Source: Myxococcales bacterium
GTDB taxonomy: Bacteria; Myxococcota_A; Polyangia; Polyangiales; DASUME01
Direction: 5' to 3'
Length of the DNA: 64,000 nt
Assembly: GCA_047601445.1 (NCBI GenBank)
Contig: JASGJH010000001.1
Span: forward strand, 4,160,001-4,224,000
The first letter of the stretch is position 1, and every line of letters starts with the position of its first letter. Position numbers and translations under genes: made by a program. Below the pieces are notes generated by a model. That model saw only the letters and a program-made list of their open reading frames with translations. It had not been told where the DNA came from and searched no databases. This document shows, piece after piece, positions 19,972-29,499 of this stretch.

Positions 19972-20143
19972 GGTAGGTCTCCTGGCTCGCAGGTTCGGGT
20001 TTAACCCTCGCTTTCGCCGCCTTCCCCGGTTCTCGACCGAGTGACCTTGACGAAAAGCTCCCTGCTTACAGTGGCGGGACCGCGCCGGTCTTGCACCGGC
20101 TTCCCTTTTACGCCCGCGCGTTGTCCGCGAAGGCACCCAGATA
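19972..20143 (-). ncRNA. Cobalamin riboswitch (B12 element)
   Basis: Minus strand: GGTGCC...AAAAGGGAAGCCGGTGCAAGACCGGCGCGGTCCCGCCACTGTAA...GGGAAGGC...GCGAGCCAGGAGACCTACC, directly upstream of the cbi operon. Confidence 0.95.
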
Positions 20144-20166
20144 CGGCCGCCATCGGCGGCAGGTGT

Positions 20167-20194
20167 AAAGTAGCGGGACACACCGAGCCGTCAA
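20167..20194 (-). promoter_or_regulatory. Putative sigma70 promoter of the riboswitch/cbi operon
   Basis: Minus strand TTGACG-N16-TACTTT, about 25 nt upstream of the riboswitch. Confidence 0.55.
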
Positions 20195-20273
20195 GGGCCC
20201 GTCGTCGTCACGCTGGATACAGCGCGCGAGCCTCCACCGGAACGGACATTTGCGGGGGCGTTCTTGAAGGGCT

Positions 20274-22553
20274 CTAGGTTCCCGACTGCTGCGGCAGGGA
20301 TTCGTCGAGCGTGCCGCCCGTCTCCTTGGACCAGGCCGCGCCCCTCTGAATCGACCAGCCAGTGCTCAATCCGACCACGAAGGCCACCAGGGACACGGTC
20401 CCCGCAGCGAACAGCGTGTCACCGATCACGCGCATCCATCGCAACCTTTGCATGACGTCGCCCTGGAGGAACTCGGAGCTGCGCGCGTACCAGTATCCAT
20501 GCTCCACCGAGGCCCAGGTCTGCATCAACCCCACCGGCAGGAGGCTCAACACGATCATCGCCACGAGCCCGCCGTTGATGGCCCAGAAAGCAAAACTCAA
20601 GGTTCCCTCTCGCCAAACCGCATCCGGCTTCAGGGCACGGAAGCAAAACAGCATGAGTCCGATACCCAGCATCCCGTAGACGCCGAACAGCGCGGCGTGA
20701 CCGTGCACCGGAGTGGTGTTGAGTCCCTGCATGTAATAGAGCGCCACAGGCGGATTGATCATGAATCCGAACAGGCCCGCGCCCACGAGGTTCCAGAAGG
20801 CCACGGCCACGAAGAAATAGATCGGCCAGCGGTACTTGCGCACCCAGGGCCGCGTCTTGGTGAGCTTGAGGTTGTGCCAAGCTTCGAAGCCCACGAACAG
20901 CAGCGGCACCACTTCGAGGGCGCTGAAGACGGCCCCTAGCGCGAGAACCAGGGTGGGCGTCCCCGAGTAGTACAGATGGTGCAGGGTGCCGATGATTCCC
21001 CCCGAGAGGAAGATCGTCGAGGCCAACACGGTGGCCGTGCCGGCGGTCTTCAAGCTCACCAGGTGTAGCCGTGCGAACAGGAAGGCGATGACCACCGTGG
21101 CGAAGACCTCGAAGAACCCCTCGACCCACAAGTGTACGACCCACCAGCGCCAGTACTCGGCGACCGCCAGGTTCGTGCTCCGCCCGGCGCCGAGCGCCGC
21201 TCCGTAGAAGCCTGCGATGGCAAACGAGGAGACGAGAAAGAGCGTCAGGATGGTCCGCTGCTCGTCGCGACGCCGCAGCGCCGGCAAGATCGCGCGGATC
21301 AGCAGGGCGAGCCATAGAAACAGACCGACCAGCAGCGCGATCTGAAACGCTCGCCCGAGGTCGATGTACTCGTAGCCGCTGTGGCCGAAATAGAACCAGG
21401 CGTCGCCTGTGAGCCGCTGCTTCACGCTCAGCCATTGCCCTGCCATCGAGCCGACGACCACCACGAGCAGCGCTCCGAAGAGCACATTGACGCCAAGCCG
21501 TTGAAAGCGTGGCTCGGTGCCCACGGCGGGTGCCAAGTACAACCCTGCGGCCAGCCAGGCCGTGGCGATCCAGAAGATGCCGAGCTGAAGGTGCCACGTG
21601 CGCGTGATGACGTAGGGCAACATGGCGTCGATCGGCACGCCATAGAAGCCGCTGCCCTCCACGCCATAGTGCGCGGTGATCACCCCCAGCATGACCTGCA
21701 CCAGGATCAACGCCGCGACGGTCCAGAAGTACTTCACCACTGCGCGCTGCGAAGGCGTGGACGCGGACCCGAGCAAGGGATCATCGCCCGGGATGTCGCC
21801 GGGCGGCAGCTCTTCCTTATGCGTCGCATATCGGAAAGCCATGGCGCCGATGCCGGCCAGCAGCACGATGATGCTGACCCCGGTCCACACCAGGGCTTCT
21901 CCCGTGGGCCGATTGCCGATCAGGGGTTCGTGGGGCCAGTTGCTCGTGTATGTGATGTCCTCTCCAGGTCGCTTGGTGGCCGCCGCCCACGCACTCCAGA
22001 AAGTGAACGCAGCCAGTTGAGCGAGCCGCTGCGGGTCGGTCAGCGTATCCCGCGGAATCGCGTACTCCGCGCGCCCCTTCGTGAAGATGTCACGGTAGTG
22101 CTCGGCGTTGGCGCGATACGCGTGGGCGCGCACGGGGTCGATCGTCAAGGTTCGTGTTTCGGGATCGTAGTGATTCTCCCGAAAGCGGGCCTCCAGGCGA
22201 CGTTGCAATGCCCCTTGCTGCTCGGGACCCAGCCGTGCGTAGGGCTTGCCGAACTCGACTCGAGACCATTCATCGAGGATGAAGATGAGCTCTCGGTGAA
22301 GCCAATCCGCCGTCCAATCGGGTGCAACGTAGCTACCGTGGCCCCAAATGGAGCCGAGCTCCATTCCGCCCATGGCCTGCCAAACGTTCTGCCCTGCGCC
22401 GATGGCACCCGCCGGAACGACCTCCTCACCATCGGTCGTCACGACGCGTTCGGGGATCGGCGGCGCTTGTTGATAGATGCGCAGGCCCGTCCACCCCAAG
22501 ACGGCGAAAGACAACGTCATCACGGCGATGAAGCCGACCCAGACACGCGACAT
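20274..22553 (-). CDS. norZ: Quinol-dependent nitric oxide reductase (qNOR, NorZ-type)
   Basis: 759 aa; GSIWGHGSYVAPDWTADWLHRE, YTSNWP, RTWHLQ, WWVVHLWVEGFFE, GTLHHLY, HGHAALFGVYG. Confidence 0.95.
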   Translation of the reverse strand: MSRVWVGFIAVMTLSFAVLGWTGLRIYQQAPPIPERVVTTDGEEVVPAGAIGAGQNVWQAMGGMELGSIWGHGSYVAPDWTADWLHRELIFILDEWSRVEFGKPYARLGPEQQGALQRRLEARFRENHYDPETRTLTIDPVRAHAYRANAEHYRDIFTKGRAEYAIPRDTLTDPQRLAQLAAFTFWSAWAAATKRPGEDITYTSNWPHEPLIGNRPTGEALVWTGVSIIVLLAGIGAMAFRYATHKEELPPGDIPGDDPLLGSASTPSQRAVVKYFWTVAALILVQVMLGVITAHYGVEGSGFYGVPIDAMLPYVITRTWHLQLGIFWIATAWLAAGLYLAPAVGTEPRFQRLGVNVLFGALLVVVVGSMAGQWLSVKQRLTGDAWFYFGHSGYEYIDLGRAFQIALLVGLFLWLALLIRAILPALRRRDEQRTILTLFLVSSFAIAGFYGAALGAGRSTNLAVAEYWRWWVVHLWVEGFFEVFATVVIAFLFARLHLVSLKTAGTATVLASTIFLSGGIIGTLHHLYYSGTPTLVLALGAVFSALEVVPLLFVGFEAWHNLKLTKTRPWVRKYRWPIYFFVAVAFWNLVGAGLFGFMINPPVALYYMQGLNTTPVHGHAALFGVYGMLGIGLMLFCFRALKPDAVWREGTLSFAFWAINGGLVAMIVLSLLPVGLMQTWASVEHGYWYARSSEFLQGDVMQRLRWMRVIGDTLFAAGTVSLVAFVVGLSTGWSIQRGAAWSKETGGTLDESLPQQSGT

Positions 22554-22587
22554 GAGCTCCTCCTGCTAAGCGTTGGAAGGACCCATG

Positions 22588-22603
22588 TGCACAGGTCATG
22601 CCT
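22588..22603 (-). promoter_or_regulatory. Putative sigma54 (-24/-12) promoter for qNOR
   Basis: Minus strand AGGCATGACCTGTGCA (GG-N10-GC), 35 bp upstream of the ATG. Confidence 0.5.
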
Positions 22604-22666
22604 CGAGGGCCCGACCGGCCAAGAACAGCGCTATTCGCCACGAGATGGCATGCGCGAGCAGGCGGC

Positions 22667-22682
22667 TGGCCCGCGCTTTGCA
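22667..22682 (+). promoter_or_regulatory. Putative sigma54 (-24/-12) promoter for the small His-rich protein
   Basis: TGGCCCGCGCTTTGCA (TGGC...TTGCA, GG-N10-GC), about 46 bp upstream of ATG 22729. Confidence 0.6.
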
Positions 22683-22728
22683 CACACCTGGGCATCACCA
22701 ATTTACCACTGCTCACGGAGTGCGTTCC

Positions 22729-23100
22729 ATGAAAGCCCATGTTCAAGCCCTCTTCCTCGCTCTCGCGTTCGCGGTCGTATCGTCGCCCCTGATGGGGCAA
22801 GCCGCGCTTGCACAAGAGGTCTTGGTGCCAGCCACCGCCGCGGATCACCTTGCGCTCGCCAAGACCTATTCGGAGAAGGCGGCCGCGTATCACAAGGAAG
22901 GCGAGTACCACCACAAGATGGCCGAGGCTTACAAGAAGAGCATCGCCACGTCTCCCAAGCAGCCCCAGCCCGATCCGCGGGTGAAGAAGATGGAGAAGCA
23001 CTGTCAGGCCATCGCGAGCGGAGCCGAGAAGCTCGCCAAGGACGCACAAGCGATGGCTGACTACCATACCGCTCGCGCGAAGGAGCTCGAGGGCAAGTAG
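22729..23100 (+). CDS. Small secreted helical His/Met-rich protein
   Basis: GGAG then ATG 22729; Sec signal MKAHVQALFLALAFAVVSSPLMGQAALA; mature part has 6 His, 3 Met and 1 Cys in amphipathic helices. Confidence 0.8.
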   Translation: MKAHVQALFLALAFAVVSSPLMGQAALAQEVLVPATAADHLALAKTYSEKAAAYHKEGEYHHKMAEAYKKSIATSPKQPQPDPRVKKMEKHCQAIASGAEKLAKDAQAMADYHTARAKELEGK

Positions 23101-23290
23101 TCGCTCGCAGGAAATGCGTCCAGGACTACAGAGCCGCGCATTGCTTGCGAGCCGCTGACCTTCGGGCCACGGGCCAGCCGCCTCAAGGATCGGCGAACCT
23201 GTCGCAAACAGTTTCAACCCGCGTCGAGGCTCGACCCACCCTACGGGGACCGCACCCAAGTGCACTGGGCGCGCGTATGTAGGGAAAAAC

Positions 23291-26200
23291 ATGCAGAGAA
23301 TTCCGGCTTCGTCGGGACTGATTCGCGTCGTACATGTGAAGCTCGCATTGGCCGCCTGCTTGCTCTTGGGCAGCGCGTGCAGCGGGGACCCCGACGCGAA
23401 GGGGGACGCCGATCCCGATGGTGGACCCAGCTCGGACTCGGGCCTACACGGAGACGGAGACGGAGGGGTCATCGACCCGGCCCTGTGTGGCAACCTGAAG
23501 CTCGACCCAGCCGAGAGGTGCGACGACGGTAACCGCGCGCCCGCCGATGGCTGCAGCGCGCTCTGCCAGATCGAACCCAATGGCTGGCAGTGTCCGGTCG
23601 TGGGCCAGGCCTGTGAGTTGTGCGGCAATGGCACGATCGACGCGAACGAGAAATGCGACGACGGCAACCGGACCAGCGGCGACGGCTGTCGGGCCGATTG
23701 CTACGAGGTCGAGGAGCACTTCCAGTGCTTCGACGGCGCCTGTGAGCACTGCGGCAATGGAGTCCGCGAAACCCACGAGGCCTGCGACGACGGCAACAAC
23801 CAGTCGGACGACGGCTGCACCTTCAACTGCCTCGCGGTCGAGGCCGGCTGGGTCTGCGATCAGAGCGGTGGCGGCTGCACGATCTGCGGCGACGGGTTCA
23901 TCGACCCCAATCTCGAAGAGTGTGACGACGGCAACGGGTTGAACGACGACGGCTGCAGCAACGAATGCACCAAGGAACCGGGCGCCGTGTGTCTGATCAC
24001 GGGCGCGGTCTGCTCGGTGTGCGGCAACGGCGTGATCGAGGCGGTGTCGATCAACGACCAAGGTACCGCCACCACGAGCGACGACACCTACGAGATCGAA
24101 GGGTGCGACGACGGCAACCGCAATGACGGCGATGGCTGCTCGGCCGGCTGCGGGGTGGAAGAGGGTTTCATCTGCAAGGTCCCCGGCTTTCCCTGCTACA
24201 AGTGCGGCGACGGCGTGGTGGCCGCAGGCATCGAGGCCTGCGACGATGGCAACACCAAGAGCAGCGACGGCTGCCGTGCCGACTGCTACCTCGTCGAGCC
24301 GTACTACAGCTGCACGACGCCGGGCGCGCTGTGCGAGAAGTGCGGCGACGGCAACGTCGGCCCGGGCGAGACCTGCGACGACGGCAAGACTCCGCCCACG
24401 GCGGGCGATGGCTGTGACGTGCTCTGTCAAATCGAGTCCGGGTGGTCCTGCGACGGCGGCACCTGCCTCATGTGCGGCAACGGCGTCAAGGACGCGGGCG
24501 AAGCCTGCGACGACCGCAACAGCAAGGATGGCGACGGCTGCAGCGCGGACTGCAAGAGCGTGGAAGCCGGCTTCAACTGCTTTTTCCCTGGCTTTGCCTG
24601 CGCCAAGTGCGGCGACGGAAAGCTTCAGCCTGGCGAGGAGTGCGATGAGGGCACGTTCACGGATGGCGTGGGCTGCACGGCCCAGTGCCAGAACCAGAAC
24701 GGCTATGTGTGCGTCGTGCCGAACACCAAGTGCACGCTGTGCGGTGACGGCACCAAGGAAGGCCTCGAAGGCTGCGACGACAAGAACGGCGCGAATGGCG
24801 ACGGCTGCAGCTCCCAGTGTCAGGTGGAACCCGGCTACGTCTGCTCCGGGACGCAGTGCTTCGCGGGCGCTTGCGGTGACGCCGTGCGCGCCGGTGCCGA
24901 GGAGTGCGACGACGGCAACCTGAAGGCGGGTGACGGCTGCAATTTCGTGTGCAAGCTCGAGAGCGGCTGGTCCTGCGAAGGCAGCAAGGGCTGCCACCGC
25001 GTAGTCTGCGGCGACAAGATCATCGAGGGCGACGAGGAGTGCGAGGACAACGACGCTCCGCCCGCGTCCAACGACGGCTGCAGCGCGACCTGCCAGCTCG
25101 AGATCGGCTACAAGTGTCCGACGCCCGGCGCTGCATGCGTGACGACCACCTGCAACGACAAGCTCGTCGAAGGCGCCGAGCAGTGCGATGACGGCAACAC
25201 CAACGTGGGCGACGGCTGCGGCGCCACCTGTCAGCTCGAGTCGGGCTACTACTGCCCCACCCCGGGTTCGGCGTGCAAGCCCACCGTCTGCGGCGACAAG
25301 GCGATCCAGGGCCTCGAAGCTTGCGACGACGGCAACAAGGTCGCCGGCGACGGCTGCAGCGATACCTGCACGGTGGAGAAGTTCTACCACTGCAGCACGC
25401 CCGCTGCTGGTCAGGCGAGCGACTGCAAGCCGCTCTTCGAGTTCGTGGCCATCCGCAGCTTCAACATCCAGAACGTCTATCCGGAAGGCCTGGTGTACGA
25501 CCCGATCCGGCGCTCCTTCGGCGGCTTCAAGCAGTCCGCCAGCGCCAACAAGGATCCCATCGAGCTGTGCATGGACGGCACCATCATCGACCCCAACGAC
25601 ACCGCGTCGGGCTCGCAATACGGCACCATCTACCGTCCGGACGGGACGATGGAGCAGGTCGCCCAGAGCTACAAGCAGGTGCCGCGTCCCGTGACCTCCG
25701 GGACACTCCTGGAGGGTGCCTACGATCCCTTCACCGGGCACTACTTGTACCTGAGCACGAACGGGTCCACCGTGACACTGACGGATGTGCCCCTCTGCAC
25801 CACGGGCCTCTCCTGCCCGGCCACTTACTTCGACCCCACAGCGGCCGACGCTGCCAGCAAGCTGCCCAAGTATCAGGCCACGCTGAACGGAGTCACGGAC
25901 GCCGCAGGGCTCACCGTGGGTGAGGACGGCGACCTGTACGTCACCGACAGCAGCCTGGAAAAGATCGTGGTGTTCGCGCGTCGCCGGGATGCCAAGCAAA
26001 GCATCGTGGTGCCCAACTGCGTGAGCGCGCCCGAGGCAAACTGCACGAGCTTTGCGACCTCGTCGGGCTACAGCTTCGCGGACGCTGCCACCGACGTGCT
26101 CAAGAGCATCTTCACCGTGCCCGGTGTCGACATGGTGGGCACGTTCCACGGCGCCTCGGACGCCTCCTATCCGAAGGACCTCTACTTCAACTTCTATCAG

Positions 26201-27898
26201 CGTTCGCTGGGCACGAATCCGCCGCTGTACGGGCGCTCGACGCTCCCCGGCTTGCTCTTCGATCTGGGCAAGGTCGGTAGCAGCTACACCAAGTACTCCC
26301 AGTCGGCCGAGACGGCCGCCGACGGCGGTGCCTTCGTGATCTGCTCGGCCAACCCGAGCGAGCCTTGCCAGATGTTCGCTCGCCTGTGCGACACGGACGC
26401 CGACTGCGCCGGCGTGGGCCAAGGCACGCGCTGCACCAAGGACGCCAACACGGCGTTCAGCTACTGCGCCTCGAAGGGTGATGCGCGCGACGATCTGACC
26501 TCCGTGGCCACCGGCGCCAAGAACGTTGCTATCGACGTGCTGGCCAACGATAGTCGCAGTGAAGCCTCCTGCGTCGACCCGCGCATGCGCGTGATCAAGG
26601 TCAACGACGTGGGCACGCCGAACACCACGTCTCCGACCACCAAGGGCGGTACCGTGAGCTTCCCGGTGGATGGTTCGAACGTAGTTTACACGGCCCCCTC
26701 GAGCGGCTGCGGCCTCGTCGACACCTTCACGTACACGGCGGACCTGGGCGGCGGTGTCACGGACACCGCCACCGTCAGCATCATCATCAAGTGCGAGTGC
26801 GGCAACGGTGTGGTCGAGGGCGGCGAGCAGTGCGACGACAAGAACAACGTCGACACCGATCGCTGCAACAACCTCTGCCTCATCAACATCAAGTGCGGTG
26901 ACGGCTTCGTCGACGGCGGCGAGCAGTGCGACGACAAGAACACCGCCAACGGCGACGGCTGCAGCTCGATCTGCACACTGGAGTCGGTGTGCGGCGACAG
27001 CAACAAGGTCGGCGCCGAGCAGTGCGACGACGGCAACACCGTGTCGGGCGATGGCTGCAACGCCAACTGCACAGTCCCCAGCTGCGGGGACGGTCGCGTC
27101 GACCTCGACAACCCCGCCGGCGCCGAACAGTGCGACGACAGCAACGCCATCGCCGGCGACGGATGCTATCAGTGCAAGCTCGAGAGCAAGTGCGGCAACC
27201 ACATGATCGAAGGCAGCGAGCAATGCGACGACGGCAACATCCTGCAGGGCGACGGCTGCAATCAGTTCTGCAAGATCGAGGGTGGTTGCGGTGATGGCGT
27301 GATCCAGAGCAGCGAGCAGTGCGATGGCGCCGCCACCGGCACGTGCAAGGCTGGCTGCACCAACATCTGCATCTGCGCCAACTACTGCGGTGACGGCAAG
27401 CTCGGCGGGCTCGAGCAGTGCGACGACGGCAATAACGCGACGGGTGACTCCTGCAACGCCGACTGCACGGTCCCGCGCTGCGGCGACAAGAACGTCGACA
27501 GCCAGGCCCCGTTCAGCGAACAATGCGACGACGGCAACACCAACCCCTCCGACGGGTGCACGAACAACTGCAAGATCGTGGTGATCTGCGGCAACGGCGT
27601 GAAGGAAGGCAACGAGCAGTGCGACGACGGCAACACCACCAACGGCGACGGCTGCAGCAGCCTGTGCACCGTCGAGACCGGTGGCACCTGCGGTAACGGC
27701 ACGATCGAGGCCCCCGAGACGTGCGACGACGGCAACACCGCCAGCTTCGATGGCTGCAGCAACGTCTGCCGCACCGAAAGCGGCAGCCAGAACTGCGGCA
27801 ACGGCGCGGTCGAGGGCACCGAACAGTGCGACGACGGGAACCTGATCAGCGGTGACGGCTGTGACTCCAGCTGCCTCTGGGAGATCATCGTTCTCTGA
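23291..27898 (+). CDS. Giant cysteine-rich surface lipoprotein (myxobacterial CDDGN/DUF4215-type repeats) with a central non-repeat domain and an Ig/cadherin-like domain
   Basis: Lipobox LGSAC; about 14 N-terminal and 11 C-terminal CG[ND]G..E.CDDGN...DGC units; Ig-like ARDD...IDVLAND...DTFTYT...DTATV. Confidence 0.9.
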   Translation: MQRIPASSGLIRVVHVKLALAACLLLGSACSGDPDAKGDADPDGGPSSDSGLHGDGDGGVIDPALCGNLKLDPAERCDDGNRAPADGCSALCQIEPNGWQCPVVGQACELCGNGTIDANEKCDDGNRTSGDGCRADCYEVEEHFQCFDGACEHCGNGVRETHEACDDGNNQSDDGCTFNCLAVEAGWVCDQSGGGCTICGDGFIDPNLEECDDGNGLNDDGCSNECTKEPGAVCLITGAVCSVCGNGVIEAVSINDQGTATTSDDTYEIEGCDDGNRNDGDGCSAGCGVEEGFICKVPGFPCYKCGDGVVAAGIEACDDGNTKSSDGCRADCYLVEPYYSCTTPGALCEKCGDGNVGPGETCDDGKTPPTAGDGCDVLCQIESGWSCDGGTCLMCGNGVKDAGEACDDRNSKDGDGCSADCKSVEAGFNCFFPGFACAKCGDGKLQPGEECDEGTFTDGVGCTAQCQNQNGYVCVVPNTKCTLCGDGTKEGLEGCDDKNGANGDGCSSQCQVEPGYVCSGTQCFAGACGDAVRAGAEECDDGNLKAGDGCNFVCKLESGWSCEGSKGCHRVVCGDKIIEGDEECEDNDAPPASNDGCSATCQLEIGYKCPTPGAACVTTTCNDKLVEGAEQCDDGNTNVGDGCGATCQLESGYYCPTPGSACKPTVCGDKAIQGLEACDDGNKVAGDGCSDTCTVEKFYHCSTPAAGQASDCKPLFEFVAIRSFNIQNVYPEGLVYDPIRRSFGGFKQSASANKDPIELCMDGTIIDPNDTASGSQYGTIYRPDGTMEQVAQSYKQVPRPVTSGTLLEGAYDPFTGHYLYLSTNGSTVTLTDVPLCTTGLSCPATYFDPTAADAASKLPKYQATLNGVTDAAGLTVGEDGDLYVTDSSLEKIVVFARRRDAKQSIVVPNCVSAPEANCTSFATSSGYSFADAATDVLKSIFTVPGVDMVGTFHGASDASYPKDLYFNFYQRSLGTNPPLYGRSTLPGLLFDLGKVGSSYTKYSQSAETAADGGAFVICSANPSEPCQMFARLCDTDADCAGVGQGTRCTKDANTAFSYCASKGDARDDLTSVATGAKNVAIDVLANDSRSEASCVDPRMRVIKVNDVGTPNTTSPTTKGGTVSFPVDGSNVVYTAPSSGCGLVDTFTYTADLGGGVTDTATVSIIIKCECGNGVVEGGEQCDDKNNVDTDRCNNLCLINIKCGDGFVDGGEQCDDKNTANGDGCSSICTLESVCGDSNKVGAEQCDDGNTVSGDGCNANCTVPSCGDGRVDLDNPAGAEQCDDSNAIAGDGCYQCKLESKCGNHMIEGSEQCDDGNILQGDGCNQFCKIEGGCGDGVIQSSEQCDGAATGTCKAGCTNICICANYCGDGKLGGLEQCDDGNNATGDSCNADCTVPRCGDKNVDSQAPFSEQCDDGNTNPSDGCTNNCKIVVICGNGVKEGNEQCDDGNTTNGDGCSSLCTVETGGTCGNGTIEAPETCDDGNTASFDGCSNVCRTESGSQNCGNGAVEGTEQCDDGNLISGDGCDSSCLWEIIVL

Positions 27899-28154
27899 GC
27901 CTGGCGGGCGTGCGACGCGCCCCCATCGAGTCCCCGCAGACTTGGCAGCTTGCCTGAGAGCTCAGGTCGCGGGCTCGGTTCGCACGCGAATTTTTCGAAC
28001 TCGCGCAAACTCGAGCCGTTTTCGAGCCTCCCTCGATGTCGTTTGGCGCAACCAGCAAGAATGCTGTCGCGAACGGCATCATACGCCCTGGAGCGGGGCC
28101 CCACTCACCACCAGGCGTGAGTCCATCCACGGATGGCGAGCCCTGGGGAGCAAC

Positions 28155-28916
28155 ATGAAGAACACGATCCTTGGAATTGCGAGCAGTGCCTGTTTGCTGG
28201 GTCTGGTGATGGCCGGAGCCGGCTGCGCCGACGGCGGCGCGGAGCAGGGAGAGCAGGACGACCAGAATGTCGGCACGAGCGAGCTCGAGCTCAGCATCAT
28301 CGACTGTCAGCAGCAGCGCCTGCAGTGTGCGCTGAAGGCCACCAGCATCGCGGACGTGCAAGCCTGCGATCAGGCGCTCGGCAGCTGTCTGCAGACGGTG
28401 GGAACCCCCGGTGCGCCGACGCCCAATCCGCCCGCGGCTTCCGGCCTGACCGCCTGTCGCAATCAGGCGACCACGTGCGTGCAAAAGGGAGGCGTGCAGG
28501 CGCTATCGAGCTGTCGCTCTACCTTCGAAGCCTGCGTGCAAGGACTCGCGGCAGATGCTGGTACACCGGCACCGGGTGGCGGCGGCGCAGCTGGAGGCGG
28601 CGGTCTTCCCGGCGGCGGTACCGGCGGATTGCTCGGCGGTGCGGGCGGCCTGCTCGGTGGCAACGGCGGATTGCCTGGCGGCAACGGCGGATTGCCCGGT
28701 GGCAGCGGCGGTCTTCTGGGTGGCGGCGGCCTGCCGACGGTTGATGCGGGCCTGCCGAGCTTGCCCGGGGCCGGCGGCGGCATGCCCTCGCTGCCCGGTA
28801 CTTCTTGCCTGAGCACGCTGCGCCAGTGCGTGCAGAGCGGGAAGACCTCCCCCAGTGATTGCGCCAATCAGGCGCGCGCCTGCCTGCGCGGCTCGCTGCC
28901 GGACGCAGGTCCGTGA
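28155..28916 (+). CDS. Cys-rich lipoprotein with three helical 4-Cys units and a Gly-rich linker
   Basis: GGAG then ATG 28155; MKNTILG...MAGAGC; repeated C-x6-C...C-x6-C units; GGLLGG/GGLPGG run. Confidence 0.8.
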   Translation: MKNTILGIASSACLLGLVMAGAGCADGGAEQGEQDDQNVGTSELELSIIDCQQQRLQCALKATSIADVQACDQALGSCLQTVGTPGAPTPNPPAASGLTACRNQATTCVQKGGVQALSSCRSTFEACVQGLAADAGTPAPGGGGAAGGGGLPGGGTGGLLGGAGGLLGGNGGLPGGNGGLPGGSGGLLGGGGLPTVDAGLPSLPGAGGGMPSLPGTSCLSTLRQCVQSGKTSPSDCANQARACLRGSLPDAGP

Positions 28917-29389
28917 ACGTACGCTGGTGCCTCAGCGCACTCGGGCTCGTCTGCGTCTATGCGGCCGTTGGCTGCGGAGACGATCCGGCGAGCCCGAACC
29001 TTTCGTCCGACGCGGGGCGATCGCATGGCGACGGCGACGGCGATGGGGACGGTGACCGGAATCCCGACGAGAGCGACGCGGGCGCCAACGCCTGCTGCAC
29101 GGCTCGCAAGGCCCCCGGTTGTCCGGATCCAGACGTGGAAGAGTGCGTGTGCAACGACGTCGCCGATTGCTGTCAGAGCAATTGGGACGTGGTGTGCATA
29201 CAGCTCGCCGACTCGCTCGGCTGCACCTCGTGCAAGGGCGAGTGCTGCGCCGGCAGCTCCACCCCGGGCTGCAACGACGCCAAGGTCGAGCAATGCGTTT
29301 GCGAGAAGGCGCCGGAGTGCTGCAAATCCGAGTGGGACGAGTTCTGCTCGACCCTGGTGGAAGGCTTGTCCTGCGGTAGCTGCGAGTAA
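28913..29389 (+). CDS. Small Cys-rich lipoprotein with two tandem CC..PGC.D..VE.CVC....CC.S.WD..C repeats
   Basis: GTGA overlap with the upstream stop; lipobox AAVGC; obvious internal duplication. Confidence 0.8.
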   Translation: MNVRWCLSALGLVCVYAAVGCGDDPASPNLSSDAGRSHGDGDGDGDGDRNPDESDAGANACCTARKAPGCPDPDVEECVCNDVADCCQSNWDVVCIQLADSLGCTSCKGECCAGSSTPGCNDAKVEQCVCEKAPECCKSEWDEFCSTLVEGLSCGSCE

Positions 29390-29499
29390 AGGCGGCGCGC
29401 CCGAATCTCCGTTTGGGCCAGGCACATTCGCACTAGATCGCCACAAAGCCGCTCAGCTCATCGTGGCACATCGGTCGTTGGTGCGTACCTCACAGCAAC

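Noticed and set aside
23444..27523. 1359-aa minus-strand ORF, and similar long ORFs at 45843-47894, 55577-56821, 61393-62847 and 62899-63927
   Set aside because: Antisense shadows of high-GC genes; the opposite strand carries the recognisable motifs.
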